Shown: one piece after another, positions 10,072 through 20,409 of the stretch
How the letters are laid out: each line of letters starts with the position of its first letter
How positions within the stretch are numbered: the first letter of the stretch is position 1
Source of the DNA: Bacteroidota bacterium
GTDB lineage: Bacteria > Bacteroidota > Bacteroidia > Flavobacteriales > Flavobacteriaceae
Assembly: GCA_046051465.1 (NCBI GenBank)
Contig: JBJOOG010000030.1
Span: forward strand, 1-57,446
Reading direction: 5' to 3'
Length of the DNA: 57,446 nt
Translations under genes and position numbers: made by a program
Notes under the pieces: model-generated
What the model was told of the DNA's origin: nothing
The model's input: the letters and a program-made list of their open reading frames with translations, nothing else
Databases searched by the model: none

Positions 10072-11325
10072 ATGGAACTAAGACGAGTTGTAGTAACCGG
10101 ATTAGGCGCACTAACTCCAATCGGGAATACCGTTCAAGACTATTGGAATGGCTTGGTTGCGGGAGTAAGTGGCGCAGCACCAATTACCTATTTTGACACC
10201 ACTCACTTTAAAACCAAATTTGCTTGTGAACTCAAAGGATTCAATGTAGAAGACTTTATAGACCGCAAAGAAGCTCGAAAAATGGACCGCTACGCACAAT
10301 ATGCGATGGTATCATCTGATGAAGCTGTAAAAGATGCCCAATTCAACCTAGACGCACTTGATAAAGACCGCGTAGGTGTAATTTGGGGTTCTGGAATTGG
10401 TGGTTTAGAAACTTTTCAGCAGGAAGTGATGGAATTTACCAAAGGAAATGGCGTGCCCAAATTCAACCCGTTTTTTATTCCAAAAATGATTGCCGATATT
10501 GCTGGAGGTCACATCTCTATCAAATACGGTTTTAGAGGACCAAACTTTACCACTGTTTCTGCTTGTGCGTCCTCAACAAATGCCATTATTGATTCCTTTA
10601 ACTACATCCGTTTGGGTCATGCCGATGTGATGATTACAGGCGGTTCTGAAGCAGCAGTAACCATTGCTGGTATGGGCGGATTTAATGCCATGCATGCACT
10701 ATCAACCCGTAACGACGACCCAGCCACGGCTTCTCGACCCATGGACAAAGACCGCGATGGTTTTGTATTGGGAGAAGGAGCAGGCGCTTTAGTTTTAGAA
10801 GAATACGAACACGCAATTGCCCGTGGCGCAACCATCTATTGCGAGATAGGCGGAGGCGGAATGTCGGCCGATGCGCACCACATAACTGCACCGCATCCAG
10901 AAGGATTAGGTGCCAAAAATGTAATGATCAATTGTTTGCGCGATGCAGGCTTAAAGCCAACTGACGTAGACGGCGTAAACATGCACGGAACTTCTACTCC
11001 CTTGGGCGATATCGCCGAATCAAAAGCAATATTACACGTATTTGGCGAGCATGCCTATACCATGAATTTGAATTCAACCAAATCGATGACCGGACATTTA
11101 TTGGGTGCTGCGGGAGCGATTGAAACAATATCTTCTATTTTGTCGATTAAACACGGCATCGTTCCTCCTACGATCAATCACTTTACCGATGATGACCAAA
11201 TTGACGGCAAATTGAATTTTACATTCAACCAAGCGCAAAAACGCGACGTGAAAGTATTAATGAGCAACACCTTTGGTTTTGGCGGTCACAATGCCTGTGT
11301 ATTGGTAAAAAAACTAGAGCTGTAG
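10072..11325 (+). CDS. fabF: 3-oxoacyl-ACP synthase II
   Basis: Motifs RRVVVTGLG, SACASS, MHGTST, KSMTGHLLGAAG and SNTFGFGGHN. Confidence 0.97.
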   Translation: MELRRVVVTGLGALTPIGNTVQDYWNGLVAGVSGAAPITYFDTTHFKTKFACELKGFNVEDFIDRKEARKMDRYAQYAMVSSDEAVKDAQFNLDALDKDRVGVIWGSGIGGLETFQQEVMEFTKGNGVPKFNPFFIPKMIADIAGGHISIKYGFRGPNFTTVSACASSTNAIIDSFNYIRLGHADVMITGGSEAAVTIAGMGGFNAMHALSTRNDDPATASRPMDKDRDGFVLGEGAGALVLEEYEHAIARGATIYCEIGGGGMSADAHHITAPHPEGLGAKNVMINCLRDAGLKPTDVDGVNMHGTSTPLGDIAESKAILHVFGEHAYTMNLNSTKSMTGHLLGAAGAIETISSILSIKHGIVPPTINHFTDDDQIDGKLNFTFNQAQKRDVKVLMSNTFGFGGHNACVLVKKLEL

Positions 11326-11328
11326 TGC

Positions 11329-12072
11329 ATGTCATTGATTAAAAAAATATTTAAAAAAACTTCCCGTTCAAATGAGGACGGGATTTTTTTTAGCAAAATT
11401 GAAGCCATTTTAGGTTTCAGGCCCCTTTGTCTGGAACATTACCAAAAAGCATTCACGCACCGTTCATCCAACAAAATTGACATCAACGGAAACCCCATGA
11501 ACTACGAGCGTCTTGAGTTTTTGGGCGACGCGATGTTAAGCGCTGTTATTGCTGCCTATTTACACAAAGAAGTACCTACAGGCGATGAAGGATACCTGAC
11601 CAAAATGCGATCAAAAATTGTAAGCAGAGATCACCTCAATGAACTGGGTAAAGATTTACAACTCACCCAATTTATTGACAGTAAAATACCTACTGCACAA
11701 TTTGGGGAAAACATCCACGGAAATATTTTTGAGGCCTTGGTTGGCGCCATTTATTTAGATCGGGGCTATGCGTATTGTGAGAAATTTATTGATACCCGCG
11801 TGATCATTCCGTATGTTGACATTGCTCGCCTTGAAGGGAAAGTCATCAGTTATAAAAGTTTGGTGATAGAATGGTGCCAAAAAGAGAAAAAATCATTCCA
11901 TTACGATACGTTTGAAGACAATTCTATTTCAGGCGAACGACTTTTTGCAGTTCATTTGCGTATCGACGAAAAAATTGTAGCCAAATCAAGAGCAGCTTCA
12001 AAAAAGAAAGCCGAAGAAATTGCTTCAAAACGTGCCTATTTTGCGTTTCAGGAAAAAATAGATTTAAAATAA
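11329..12072 (+). CDS. rnc: Ribonuclease III
   Basis: Signature ERLEFLGDA, FEALVGAIYLD and a C-terminal dsRBD (SKKKAEEIA). Confidence 0.95.
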   Translation: MSLIKKIFKKTSRSNEDGIFFSKIEAILGFRPLCLEHYQKAFTHRSSNKIDINGNPMNYERLEFLGDAMLSAVIAAYLHKEVPTGDEGYLTKMRSKIVSRDHLNELGKDLQLTQFIDSKIPTAQFGENIHGNIFEALVGAIYLDRGYAYCEKFIDTRVIIPYVDIARLEGKVISYKSLVIEWCQKEKKSFHYDTFEDNSISGERLFAVHLRIDEKIVAKSRAASKKKAEEIASKRAYFAFQEKIDLK

Positions 12073-12092
12073 TTTTATATCCTCAGCACTAT

Positions 12093-12104
12093 AACGTTTT
12101 CGTT
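12093..12104 (-). promoter_or_regulatory. Candidate operator AACGAAAACGTT upstream of the IPExxxVDY-pyk unit
   Basis: The same 12-mer occurs at 52918-52929, and an 11/12 match occurs at 14113-14124. Confidence 0.4.
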
Positions 12105-12188
12105 GCTAAATTCTAGTTTTTATCACTAAAATAGCGGCATTTCTTTACTTTTATGTAATATCTTTACGACAAATTTTTATGTAAACTG

Positions 12189-12677
12189 ATGGCGGTCTTA
12201 AAATTAGAACTAGACGAATTTGACGCGATTGATTACAACCTGATTGCAATTCATTCCAGTGTGGAAGATTACCGAATGGCTTTCGTATTGAACCAACATC
12301 TTCCAATTATTTTACATAAAAACAAAAACCCTTTTTCGCTAGCCGTAAAAGACAAAGTAGTTGCCTTTGATTACTTTCAGTTTGAGGACCAGGCAACGGA
12401 TGTAAATTGGATGTTGTTGCCAAACAAAAACGAATACGTGGTCCGCAAAAAAAGTACGGGACAAAATTTATTTCTTGACACCCAAGTTGAAATTGCCACC
12501 CGCGTGTATTTGTTGCCCGAATTCAAGAAAGTAGACTATTTTTTAAAAATTGAACACCAAAATCACTTCGACGTGCTCGCTGAAGTACTTGATAAAATAA
12601 ATGGAATTCCGCAAATTTCTGCCGTATACCCGGTAGATTCTGCCAAAATAAAATCTAAAAACAATTTAATTTTTTAA
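12189..12677 (+). CDS. IPExxxVDY family protein
   Basis: Contains LLPEFKKVDY and has the usual Bacteroidota position between rnc and pyk. Confidence 0.85.
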   Translation: MAVLKLELDEFDAIDYNLIAIHSSVEDYRMAFVLNQHLPIILHKNKNPFSLAVKDKVVAFDYFQFEDQATDVNWMLLPNKNEYVVRKKSTGQNLFLDTQVEIATRVYLLPEFKKVDYFLKIEHQNHFDVLAEVLDKINGIPQISAVYPVDSAKIKSKNNLIF

Positions 12678-12682
12678 CAAAA

Positions 12683-14113
12683 ATGCCAACAAACAAAAAG
12701 ACTAAAATTGTAGCCACATTGGGCCCAGCCTGTAGCACAAAAGCCGTTTTGAAAGAAATGATCGATGCCGGAGTTAATGTGTTTCGGGTAAACTTCTCTC
12801 ATGCTGATTACAGTGATGTAAAAGCAAAAATTGATATCATTCGTGAACTCAATAGTGAGTTTGGTTATACAACGGCTATTTTGGCTGATCTTCAAGGTCC
12901 AAAATTGCGTGTAGGTGTGATGCAAGAAGACGTGGTGGTAAACGATGGCGATTTAATTACATTCCAAACCTCAGATGACATTCCGGGAACTGCAGAGCGC
13001 GTGTACATGAACTACAAAGAATTTCCAAGAGATGTAAATCCTGGAGAGCGCATTTTACTAGACGATGGAAAATTAATTTTCGAAGCGATTGAAACCAACA
13101 AAAAAACAGAAGTTTTATGTAAGGTAATTCAGGGCGGTCCATTAAAATCCAAAAAAGGAGTAAACCTGCCCAATACCAAAGTATCCTTGCCTGCTTTAAC
13201 CAAAAAAGACATCAAAGACGCCTTGTTTGCCATTGAGCAAAAAGTAGATTGGATTGCGTTGTCATTTGTACGTACAGCCGAAGACTTAATGGAATTGCAA
13301 GATTTAATTTCGGCCAATTCTGATCATAAAATCCCCATTATCGCCAAAATCGAAAAACCAGAAGGTGTGGCCAACATCGATAAAATTGTAGCTTACTGCG
13401 ATGGATTAATGGTGGCGCGTGGAGATCTAGGCGTAGAAGTGCCTGCGCATGAAGTACCGTTGATTCAGAAAAAATTAGTACACCGTGCCAAAACGGCTCG
13501 TATTCCGGTAATCATCGCTACGCAAATGATGGAAACCATGATTACCAGCATGACCCCAACGCGTGCCGAGGTAAATGACGTGGCCAACTCTGTGATGGAT
13601 GGCGCCGACGCTGTGATGCTTTCAGGCGAAACTTCGGTTGGAAATTACCCGGTGCAAGTAATTCAAAAAATGACGCAAATTATTGTAGCGGTTGAAGATT
13701 CTCCGCTTATTCAAGTGCCTCAAAACACACCACAAATTAAAACCAAACGCTACATCACCAAATCGATTTGTCAACATGCAGCCAATATGGCCAATGTAAT
13801 TGAAGCCAAAGCCATTTGTACCTTAACCAACAGTGGATATACTGCCTTTCAAATCTCGGCTTGGCGACCCAAATCACACATTTTAGTGTTTACTTCAAAT
13901 CATCGAATTTTAACACAATTGAACCTGTTGTGGGGTGTAAAATCGTTTTTCTACGACAAATTTGTGAGTACCGACGACACTGTTACCGACATCAATAAAA
14001 TGGCGCAAGATCGCGGATTTGTAACCAAAGGCGATTTCTTAATCAACTTAGCGGCCATGCCAGTGACCGAAAAAGGTATGGTAAACACCTTGCGTGTTTC
14101 AGAAATTGAATAA
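12683..14113 (+). CDS. pyk: Pyruvate kinase
   Basis: Motifs TKIVATLGP, DLQGPK, AKIEK, MVARGDLG, ATQMMETM and DAVMLSGET. Confidence 0.98.
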   Translation: MPTNKKTKIVATLGPACSTKAVLKEMIDAGVNVFRVNFSHADYSDVKAKIDIIRELNSEFGYTTAILADLQGPKLRVGVMQEDVVVNDGDLITFQTSDDIPGTAERVYMNYKEFPRDVNPGERILLDDGKLIFEAIETNKKTEVLCKVIQGGPLKSKKGVNLPNTKVSLPALTKKDIKDALFAIEQKVDWIALSFVRTAEDLMELQDLISANSDHKIPIIAKIEKPEGVANIDKIVAYCDGLMVARGDLGVEVPAHEVPLIQKKLVHRAKTARIPVIIATQMMETMITSMTPTRAEVNDVANSVMDGADAVMLSGETSVGNYPVQVIQKMTQIIVAVEDSPLIQVPQNTPQIKTKRYITKSICQHAANMANVIEAKAICTLTNSGYTAFQISAWRPKSHILVFTSNHRILTQLNLLWGVKSFFYDKFVSTDDTVTDINKMAQDRGFVTKGDFLINLAAMPVTEKGMVNTLRVSEIE

Positions 14114-14185
14114 TCGTTTTCGTTAAATTAGTACAGCCTTAAACAAGTTTATTTATATTTGATTGATTTTTTAAAAATAACACGT

Positions 14186-14932
14186 ATGAACTCAACAAAT
14201 CCCTTTTTTAGAAACAAATCATTTACATCAAATAATGAAAAGGTATATGATGCCGAAGTAATCGGCGCAGAACAAACCATGACCGTAAACGGAACGATCA
14301 ACAAAAGTTTCATCATGTTGTTGCTTTTAGTAGCCAGCGCTTTGTTTACTTGGTCGCTCGAAAACAGTTTAGTTTTTACTTTTGGAGGTGCCATTATTGG
14401 TTTTATTTTGGTTTTGATTGCCACATTCAAACCTCAAGCTTCTCCTTATTTGGCTCCTGGTTATGCCATTTTTGAAGGATTTTTTATTGGAGGCATATCT
14501 GTACTATTTGAAACCATGTATCCTGGTATTGTTATCCAAGCAGTGGGCGCAACTTTTGTAACCTTTGTAACTTGCTTTGCCCTGTACCGGTTTCAAATTG
14601 TAAAAGTTACCGAGCAGTTTAGAGCCATTGTGATTGGGTCAACCTTAGCTATCGCAACTTTCTATTTAATTTCGTGGTTAGTAAGCTTGTTTATGCCTTC
14701 ATTTCAACCCATTCACCACGGAAATAGCATGATGAGTATTGGAATCAGTGTATTTGTGATTGTGATTGCGGCCATGAATCTCTTTTTAGATTTTGACCAA
14801 ATAGAAAGAGGTGTAGCGCAAAAACACCCCAAATACATGGAATGGTTTGGCGCTATGGGATTAATGATCACCTTAGTTTGGTTGTACATCGAGTTCTTGA
14901 GATTGCTTTCTAAACTCAGCAGCAGAAAATAA
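14186..14932 (+). CDS. Bax inhibitor-1/YccA family membrane protein
   Basis: About 7 hydrophobic segments, with MTVNGTINKS, NLFLDFD and TLVWLYIEFLRLL. ATG at 14186 preferred over TTG at 14159. Confidence 0.85.
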   Translation: MNSTNPFFRNKSFTSNNEKVYDAEVIGAEQTMTVNGTINKSFIMLLLLVASALFTWSLENSLVFTFGGAIIGFILVLIATFKPQASPYLAPGYAIFEGFFIGGISVLFETMYPGIVIQAVGATFVTFVTCFALYRFQIVKVTEQFRAIVIGSTLAIATFYLISWLVSLFMPSFQPIHHGNSMMSIGISVFVIVIAAMNLFLDFDQIERGVAQKHPKYMEWFGAMGLMITLVWLYIEFLRLLSKLSSRK

Positions 14933-14941
14933 TACTAAAAT

Positions 14942-14969
14942 AAAAACCCCTGTAATGCAGGGGTTTTTT
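14942..14969 (+). terminator. Intrinsic terminator
   Basis: AAAAACCCCTG-taatg-CAGGGGTTTTTT. Confidence 0.8.
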
Positions 14970-14980
14970 AGTTGCAATCT

Positions 14981-15469
14981 ATGGTAGAAATTGAACGCAA
15001 ATACCTGGTCACTTCCCTCGATTTTATAGCCCAAGCAACCGCAAAATTTGTCATTGCCCAAGGCTATTTAAATTCCCATCCCGAACGAACGGTACGCGTG
15101 CGCATACAAGGTGAATCGGGTTTTTTAACCATAAAAGGGAAAGGGAATGAAACAGGAACTACCCGCTTGGAATGGGAAACAGAACTCAACCTAACCGAAG
15201 CCAAAGCACTCTTGGCGCTTTGTGAGCCAGGTAGTATTCAGAAAACAAGGTATTTGGTGCCCTTCGAGAATCAACAATTTGAGGTAGATGTATTTGCCGG
15301 AGACAATACGGGTTTAATTGTAGCTGAAATTGAATTGACACACGAAGACGAACTAGTACACAAACCCCATTGGTTGGGAAAAGAAGTAACCACCGACAGC
15401 AAATACTACAATGCGTCTTTAAGCAAACACCCCTTTATGGCTTGGGAGCAGGAACAACAACCGGAATAA
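14981..15469 (+). CDS. CYTH domain (triphosphate tunnel) protein
   Basis: Motifs EIERKYLV, QGYL, VRVR, FEVDVF and AEIEL. Confidence 0.92.
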   Translation: MVEIERKYLVTSLDFIAQATAKFVIAQGYLNSHPERTVRVRIQGESGFLTIKGKGNETGTTRLEWETELNLTEAKALLALCEPGSIQKTRYLVPFENQQFEVDVFAGDNTGLIVAEIELTHEDELVHKPHWLGKEVTTDSKYYNASLSKHPFMAWEQEQQPE

Positions 15470-15980
15470 TTTCTTCGATTGTAACCATTACTTTGCCGCT
15501 ATTTTTATTGTCGACAATCTCCATAAATGCCTTTTTGGTTAAATCAATTTCTCGGCCTTTAGTAAATGGCCCCCTATCTATTACCTCAACAATTACTGAT
15601 TTGCGATTGACTTCATTGGTAATTTTAAGCTTGGTTCCAAATGGAAACTTTCGATGAGCAGCCGTGTATTTGGTGTTGTCAAATTTTACGCCGCTTGAGG
15701 TGCGCTTCCCATGAAACTTTTGGTGATAATAGGAAGCGTGCGCGTTTTTCTTGAATGGTTTAAGTTTTAATGGAGTAACCGCAGCCAGACTATCGGCAAT
15801 GGCTTTACTCTTGGCTAAACTATCGGCTTTGATTGCTTTGGCGTCTTTGAGTAACTCCTTGGGTTGGGTGACTTTGCCTTTTTCAGGAAGTTTGCCGTTG
15901 GTTTTTTGTTGGGCATTGGCGCCAACGCTACACAGGGCAAATCCAATAACAAGTATTTTTATAGTGGTTATAACGTTCAT
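15435..15980 (-). CDS. rlpA: RlpA-family septal lytic transglycosylase (DPBB domain) with signal peptide
   Basis: Motifs ASYY..FHGKRTSSG, TAAHRKFPFGT and DRGPF..GREIDL. Start codon uncertain. Confidence 0.85.
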   Translation of the reverse strand: MNVITTIKILVIGFALCSVGANAQQKTNGKLPEKGKVTQPKELLKDAKAIKADSLAKSKAIADSLAAVTPLKLKPFKKNAHASYYHQKFHGKRTSSGVKFDNTKYTAAHRKFPFGTKLKITNEVNRKSVIVEVIDRGPFTKGREIDLTKKAFMEIVDNKNSGKVMVTIEEIIPVVVPAPKP

Positions 15981-16026
15981 AGAGATGCGTATAAATGATG
16001 AAAAACTCACCAAAATAAATTGAGAT

Positions 16027-16050
16027 AAAAAAAGTCCTTAACGGACTTTT
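16027..16050 (-). terminator. Intrinsic terminator
   Basis: AAAAGTCC-gttaa-GGACTTTTTTT on the minus strand. Confidence 0.7.
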
Positions 16051-16052
16051 AC

Positions 16053-16481
16053 TTAGTTTTTAAACCATAAATTCCACGGTATACGGGATAAAATCAGAAC
16101 TAAACCCAAACCGTAAAATAGGGCAATGGCCTTGAATTTTGCTGCAGAATCTGCTGCTTTTTTATGTTTAGACCAGCCTATAGTAATCAAAGCAATGGCA
16201 AGAATATTAATAAGCGGGTGCTCTAAAGATGTCAATCGAATAGCTGCGTCTTTCATTTCTCCCAAGAGCGCAAACCCCAGTGGTGACACAAAGTACAACA
16301 CTAAACCAATTACTAATTGCAGGTGCGTAGCAATCAATCCAAACAAGGTAATTTTGCGGTCTTTGGCTGTAAATTCTCTTTTTGAAGTAAGTCCCATGAG
16401 TGAATTAACAACCACAATTACTAGTAATAACAGCGCTAAATAAGCCCAGCCGGAATGAAATTTTTGAATAAATTGGTACAT
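16053..16481 (-). CDS. Conserved 4-TM membrane protein of unknown function
   Basis: Four hydrophobic helices with His residues (FHSGWAY, THLQL, LEHP). ATG at 16481 follows a TATATTTG element at 16503-16510. Confidence 0.8.
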   Translation of the reverse strand: MYQFIQKFHSGWAYLALLLLVIVVVNSLMGLTSKREFTAKDRKITLFGLIATHLQLVIGLVLYFVSPLGFALLGEMKDAAIRLTSLEHPLINILAIALITIGWSKHKKAADSAAKFKAIALFYGLGLVLILSRIPWNLWFKN

Positions 16482-16522
16482 GATTTTAATTTTTTTGGAA
16501 AACAAATATAACGAAACGAAAT

Positions 16523-16555
16523 AAAAAAAACGGCATTCTACCGAAAGAATGCCGT
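16523..16555 (-). terminator. Intrinsic terminator after pgi
   Basis: ACGGCATTCT-ttcggt-AGAATGCCGTTTTTTTT on the minus strand. Confidence 0.85.
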
Positions 16556-16579
16556 GTAATATTGACATAAAAAACTGAA

Positions 16580-18223
16580 TTACATTCCTTTCATAAAATA
16601 GCGAAGTAGAAATGAGGTTGAGCTGTCGTGCGTGTTTACTTGTTTTGATTCGATTTCACTCAATATAGAATTGGCCAATTGTTTGCCAAGTTCTACACCC
16701 CATTGATCATAACTAAAAATATTCCAAATTACCCCTTGCACAAAAATTTTATGTTCGTATAACGCCACCAATTCGCCCAAGGATTCCGGTGTCAATTTTT
16801 GAATAAGTAAGGTATTGGTTGGTTTGTTGCCTTCAAATACTTTAAACGGTTTCAAGAACGCAGCTTGATCTCCCGAAAGGCCTTGTTTGTCAAATTCGGC
16901 TTGCACTTGCTCGGCAGTTTTTCCGTTTAGCAGAGCCTCGGTTTGCGCAAAAAAGTTAGACATCAATTTATTGTGGTGGTCTTGTTGTACGTATAAAGGC
17001 TGCACAAACCCAATAAAATCAGTAGGAATTAATTTGGTTCCTTGGTGAATGAGCTGAAAAAACGCATGTTGCGAATTGGTACCCGGTTCGCCCCAAATGA
17101 TTGTGCCCGTTTGATAATTGACCATCTTACCGTCGCGACCAACGCTCTTTCCGTTGCTTTCCATGATGCCTTGTTGCAAGTAGGGCGCCAACTTTTGTAA
17201 ATATTGGGTGTAGGGAATTAACGCCTCGCTTTCGGCACCATAAAAATTATTGTACCAAATGCTCAATAAGGCTAAAATCACCGGAATGTTTTGTTCAAAC
17301 GGAGCGGTTTTAAAGTGCTCGTCCATGTTGTTGGCGCCTTTTAAAAGTGCGGCAAAATGGTCGTAGCCCACCGCCAAACTGATTGACAATCCTACTGCGC
17401 TCCACAGCGAAAAACGGCCGCCTACCCAGTCCCACATGGGAAATACATTGGCCTCATCGATCCCGAATGCAGTTACATTTTTGATGTTGGTCGAAACCGC
17501 CACAAAGTGTTTGGCTACTGCTTCTTGATTGGCCGACTGTAAAAACCAAGCCCGAATGGTCTCGGAATTGGTTAAGGTTTCTTGGGTGGTAAAGGTTTTA
17601 GAAACAATTACAAACAAAGTTGTTTCTGGATTTAACGGCTTGATGATTTCTTGCACGTGATCGCCATCTACATTCGAGACAAAATGCACGTTCAAGTGAT
17701 TTTTGTAATACTGCAAGGCTTCAACAACCATAGCTGGACCCAAATCTGATCCGCCAATTCCAATGTTTACTACATCGGTAAATGCTTTTCCGGTATAGCC
17801 TTTGCGTTGTCCGCTAATGATTTCGTTTGAAAAAGCTTGAATTTTATCTTTCACAGCTTGAATCTCCGGAATAATATTTACGCCATCTACGAGCAAAGGT
17901 GCGGTCGAAGTGCTGCGCAAGGCGGTATGCAATACGGCTCTTCCTTCGGTTTGGTTGATGGCTTCTCCCGAAAAATAATCCTGAATTGCCGATTTAAGTT
18001 GCGCCTCATCAGCCAATTGCAGCAACAAATTCACGGTTTCCTCGGTGATTCTGTTTTTGGAAAAATCCACCATAAAATCATTCCATTGGATATGCAATTT
18101 TTCGGCACGGGCAGGATCTTGTTGAAAAAGCGTTTTCATCGACACCGATTGCATGCTTTTAAAATGCTGTTCTAGTTTTTGCCAAGCCGGTGTTTGTGTA
18201 GGATTTACGGTAGATAATGCCAT
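16580..18223 (-). CDS. pgi: Glucose-6-phosphate isomerase
   Basis: Motifs [36 protein letters not shown] and DQWGVELGK. Confidence 0.98.
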   Translation of the reverse strand: MALSTVNPTQTPAWQKLEQHFKSMQSVSMKTLFQQDPARAEKLHIQWNDFMVDFSKNRITEETVNLLLQLADEAQLKSAIQDYFSGEAINQTEGRAVLHTALRSTSTAPLLVDGVNIIPEIQAVKDKIQAFSNEIISGQRKGYTGKAFTDVVNIGIGGSDLGPAMVVEALQYYKNHLNVHFVSNVDGDHVQEIIKPLNPETTLFVIVSKTFTTQETLTNSETIRAWFLQSANQEAVAKHFVAVSTNIKNVTAFGIDEANVFPMWDWVGGRFSLWSAVGLSISLAVGYDHFAALLKGANNMDEHFKTAPFEQNIPVILALLSIWYNNFYGAESEALIPYTQYLQKLAPYLQQGIMESNGKSVGRDGKMVNYQTGTIIWGEPGTNSQHAFFQLIHQGTKLIPTDFIGFVQPLYVQQDHHNKLMSNFFAQTEALLNGKTAEQVQAEFDKQGLSGDQAAFLKPFKVFEGNKPTNTLLIQKLTPESLGELVALYEHKIFVQGVIWNIFSYDQWGVELGKQLANSILSEIESKQVNTHDSSTSFLLRYFMKGM

Positions 18224-18224
18224 G

Positions 18225-19454
18225 TTAATTTTTATATTTTAGTGATGCAATACTGTCTAATTCTTTTTTTAACGGCTTGATATACGCCAAATAGCGCGGT
18301 AAATTTTGCTTGGCCAAGCCCTCCGAACTGGGTAGCTTCAAGCCCAAGGCGTCGACTTGCACGCCATTTTTCCAAAAACGATAACACACGTGAGGACCCG
18401 TAGCCAAACCGGTGCTGCCTACTTTACCAATTACATCGCCTTGGTTTACGCGTTGCCCGCGACGCACCAGAATTTTGGACATGTGTAAATATTGAGTTGA
18501 ATAGGTGCGGTCGTGTTTTACTTTTACAAAATTCCCGTTTCCAGCCGTGTAGCCCGTTTGCTCCACCACACCCGAAGCGGTAGACATAATGGGCGTGCCT
18601 GTAGGGGCCGCATAATCGGTTCCTTTGTGCGCTTTCCAGCGGTGTTGCACCGGATGAAATCGCGTTTTGGCAAAGCGCGAGGTAATGTTTACAAACTTTA
18701 AGGGAGCCTTCAAAAAGAAATTTTTCAAGGCTTTGCCGTTTTCATCAAAGTACTCCAATTTTCCAGAACCCATTTTTTGTTCAAACGGAAACGCATAAAT
18801 GGTTTTGCCTTTGTATTCAAAAAATGCAGCTTTTAGACTATCAACTCCATCGTATAAAGTATCATCAATGAAGCGTTCGGTAAAGGTGATGCCAAATTTA
18901 TTGCCTTTTTGCAGCTTAAAGAAATCAATCGACCAGGCATATACTTTGGTTAAATGCGTGGCCAAGGCTACATCTACTCCTTCTTTGTTTAGCGCTTCAG
19001 ACAAAGAACCGTCCAAAGCGCCAGCTATTGTTTTTTCTTTGATGCGAATGGGGCGTTTTTGGGTGTAAGCCTTAAGGGAATCCCGAAAATCTATAATGCA
19101 ATAGGTACCTCGATCGGGTTGATAAATAAAGGCCTCTAGTTTTTTTAATCGGTCTTTTGAACGCACCAAGGCAAAAGGTTTTTGAATGCGAATGCTGCGC
19201 ACATCAAAGCTGTCTTTTACCACCTCAACAATGTCGTAAACAGCGCGAGTACCTATATTTTGGTGTTGAATAAGGTTGCCAAAAGTTGTACCCGCTTTGA
19301 TGGTATCAAACACAATATTATAGTCGGCGGTTTTAAAGCCACAAATTGCTTTTGGCGCCTTGGGGGCAGCAGCAATTGCCGTATTATTCTCGGCTTTTTT
19401 AGCACAAGAAATCAGCAATACAAAACCTATAAATAGTATAATTATTTTTTTCAA
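18225..19454 (-). CDS. M23 family peptidoglycan DD-metalloendopeptidase, probable lipoprotein
   Basis: Motifs [14 protein letters not shown] and ATGPHV, with a lipobox-like LLISC. TTG start at 19454 is inferred. Confidence 0.88.
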   Translation of the reverse strand: MKKIIILFIGFVLLISCAKKAENNTAIAAAPKAPKAICGFKTADYNIVFDTIKAGTTFGNLIQHQNIGTRAVYDIVEVVKDSFDVRSIRIQKPFALVRSKDRLKKLEAFIYQPDRGTYCIIDFRDSLKAYTQKRPIRIKEKTIAGALDGSLSEALNKEGVDVALATHLTKVYAWSIDFFKLQKGNKFGITFTERFIDDTLYDGVDSLKAAFFEYKGKTIYAFPFEQKMGSGKLEYFDENGKALKNFFLKAPLKFVNITSRFAKTRFHPVQHRWKAHKGTDYAAPTGTPIMSTASGVVEQTGYTAGNGNFVKVKHDRTYSTQYLHMSKILVRRGQRVNQGDVIGKVGSTGLATGPHVCYRFWKNGVQVDALGLKLPSSEGLAKQNLPRYLAYIKPLKKELDSIASLKYKN

Positions 19455-19476
19455 GCCGTATAAATTAACTGGCAAA

Positions 19477-20409
19477 TTAACAGTCTTCGCCCCAGTTTTT
19501 TACTTCCTCTTCACTCCATAATTCCGGAAAAAATATGCGGCGTTGGTATTTGGGATGCAGGTATTTTTTCCAATCACTTCCGCCTGTTGCTTCGCCATTG
19601 CCTTGGCCGCTTTCAATGTATTTTTTTGCCGCATCCAAATGGCCCATCACCCACCTAATGTTTACGGTATAATCATAATGCCTCATGGCGGCAATCAAAT
19701 CTGGATTTTGCTGATCTGTTTCGGGCAATTGTTTAAATTTTTGCCACAGATTGCTGGTGTTGTAGCGCTCCATTTCACGTAAAAATTCGGCTTTGTATTT
19801 GCGCTCAAAGGCCAAAATTAAATAGGACTTTTTGCCTGTTTTATGGTCTTTGCCTGCCGCCTGCCAATACAAATGTTCGTAGGCGTGTTCATAGGATGAG
19901 TTTCGATCTATCGAGGCACGGAAGCGAAAATCAATCAAGTTAATCAAATCGGTAGAAGCAAATTCAATTAAGCGGTATTGCGCACTCTGAAACCCACTGG
20001 CTGGAGTCAAGGTATTCCTAAATTTCATGTATTGATCTACTTCCATGCCATCGCCCATAATAGAAAACGAGGTAGTGAGCATATCAAAATAACGGCTAAT
20101 TCGATTTAGTTTTTCGGTAAAAAAAGCAGTAGTAGGAGCGGGTTGTGCAACCACTTGTTCAATTTCCCAGAGAATCATTTTAAACAACAATTCGTTCATC
20201 TGGTGATACAGGATAAACACCATTTCATCGGGCAAGGTGGTGCGTTGATTTTGAATATTGAGCAACACATCGGTTTGAATGTAGTCCCAATACGTGATGG
20301 GATTTGACCATAAAAGTCCTTCTAAATGTGTGTTGGTTTTTTGATCAATCGCTTCAAATTTTTGCTGTAAACTTTGGAGTAGCGAATTGGTTTCAGGAGA
20401 ATGTTCCAT
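19477..20409 (-). CDS. kynA: Tryptophan 2,3-dioxygenase family protein
   Basis: Motifs YWDYI, DEMVFILYHQMNEL, FR..LTPASGFQSAQYR and ATGGS. Confidence 0.88.
   Translation of the reverse strand: MEHSPETNSLLQSLQQKFEAIDQKTNTHLEGLLWSNPITYWDYIQTDVLLNIQNQRTTLPDEMVFILYHQMNELLFKMILWEIEQVVAQPAPTTAFFTEKLNRISRYFDMLTTSFSIMGDGMEVDQYMKFRNTLTPASGFQSAQYRLIEFASTDLINLIDFRFRASIDRNSSYEHAYEHLYWQAAGKDHKTGKKSYLILAFERKYKAEFLREMERYNTSNLWQKFKQLPETDQQNPDLIAAMRHYDYTVNIRWVMGHLDAAKKYIESGQGNGEATGGSDWKKYLHPKYQRRIFFPELWSEEEVKNWGEDC

Noticed and set aside
15435-15469. 35-nt convergent overlap of the CYTH gene and rlpA
   Set aside because: Short tail-to-tail overlaps are common, and both tails are low-information.
16510-16520. 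AACGAAACGAA as a fourth copy of the operator motif
   Set aside because: It is one base short and lacks the CGTT half, so it is too weak in AT-rich DNA.
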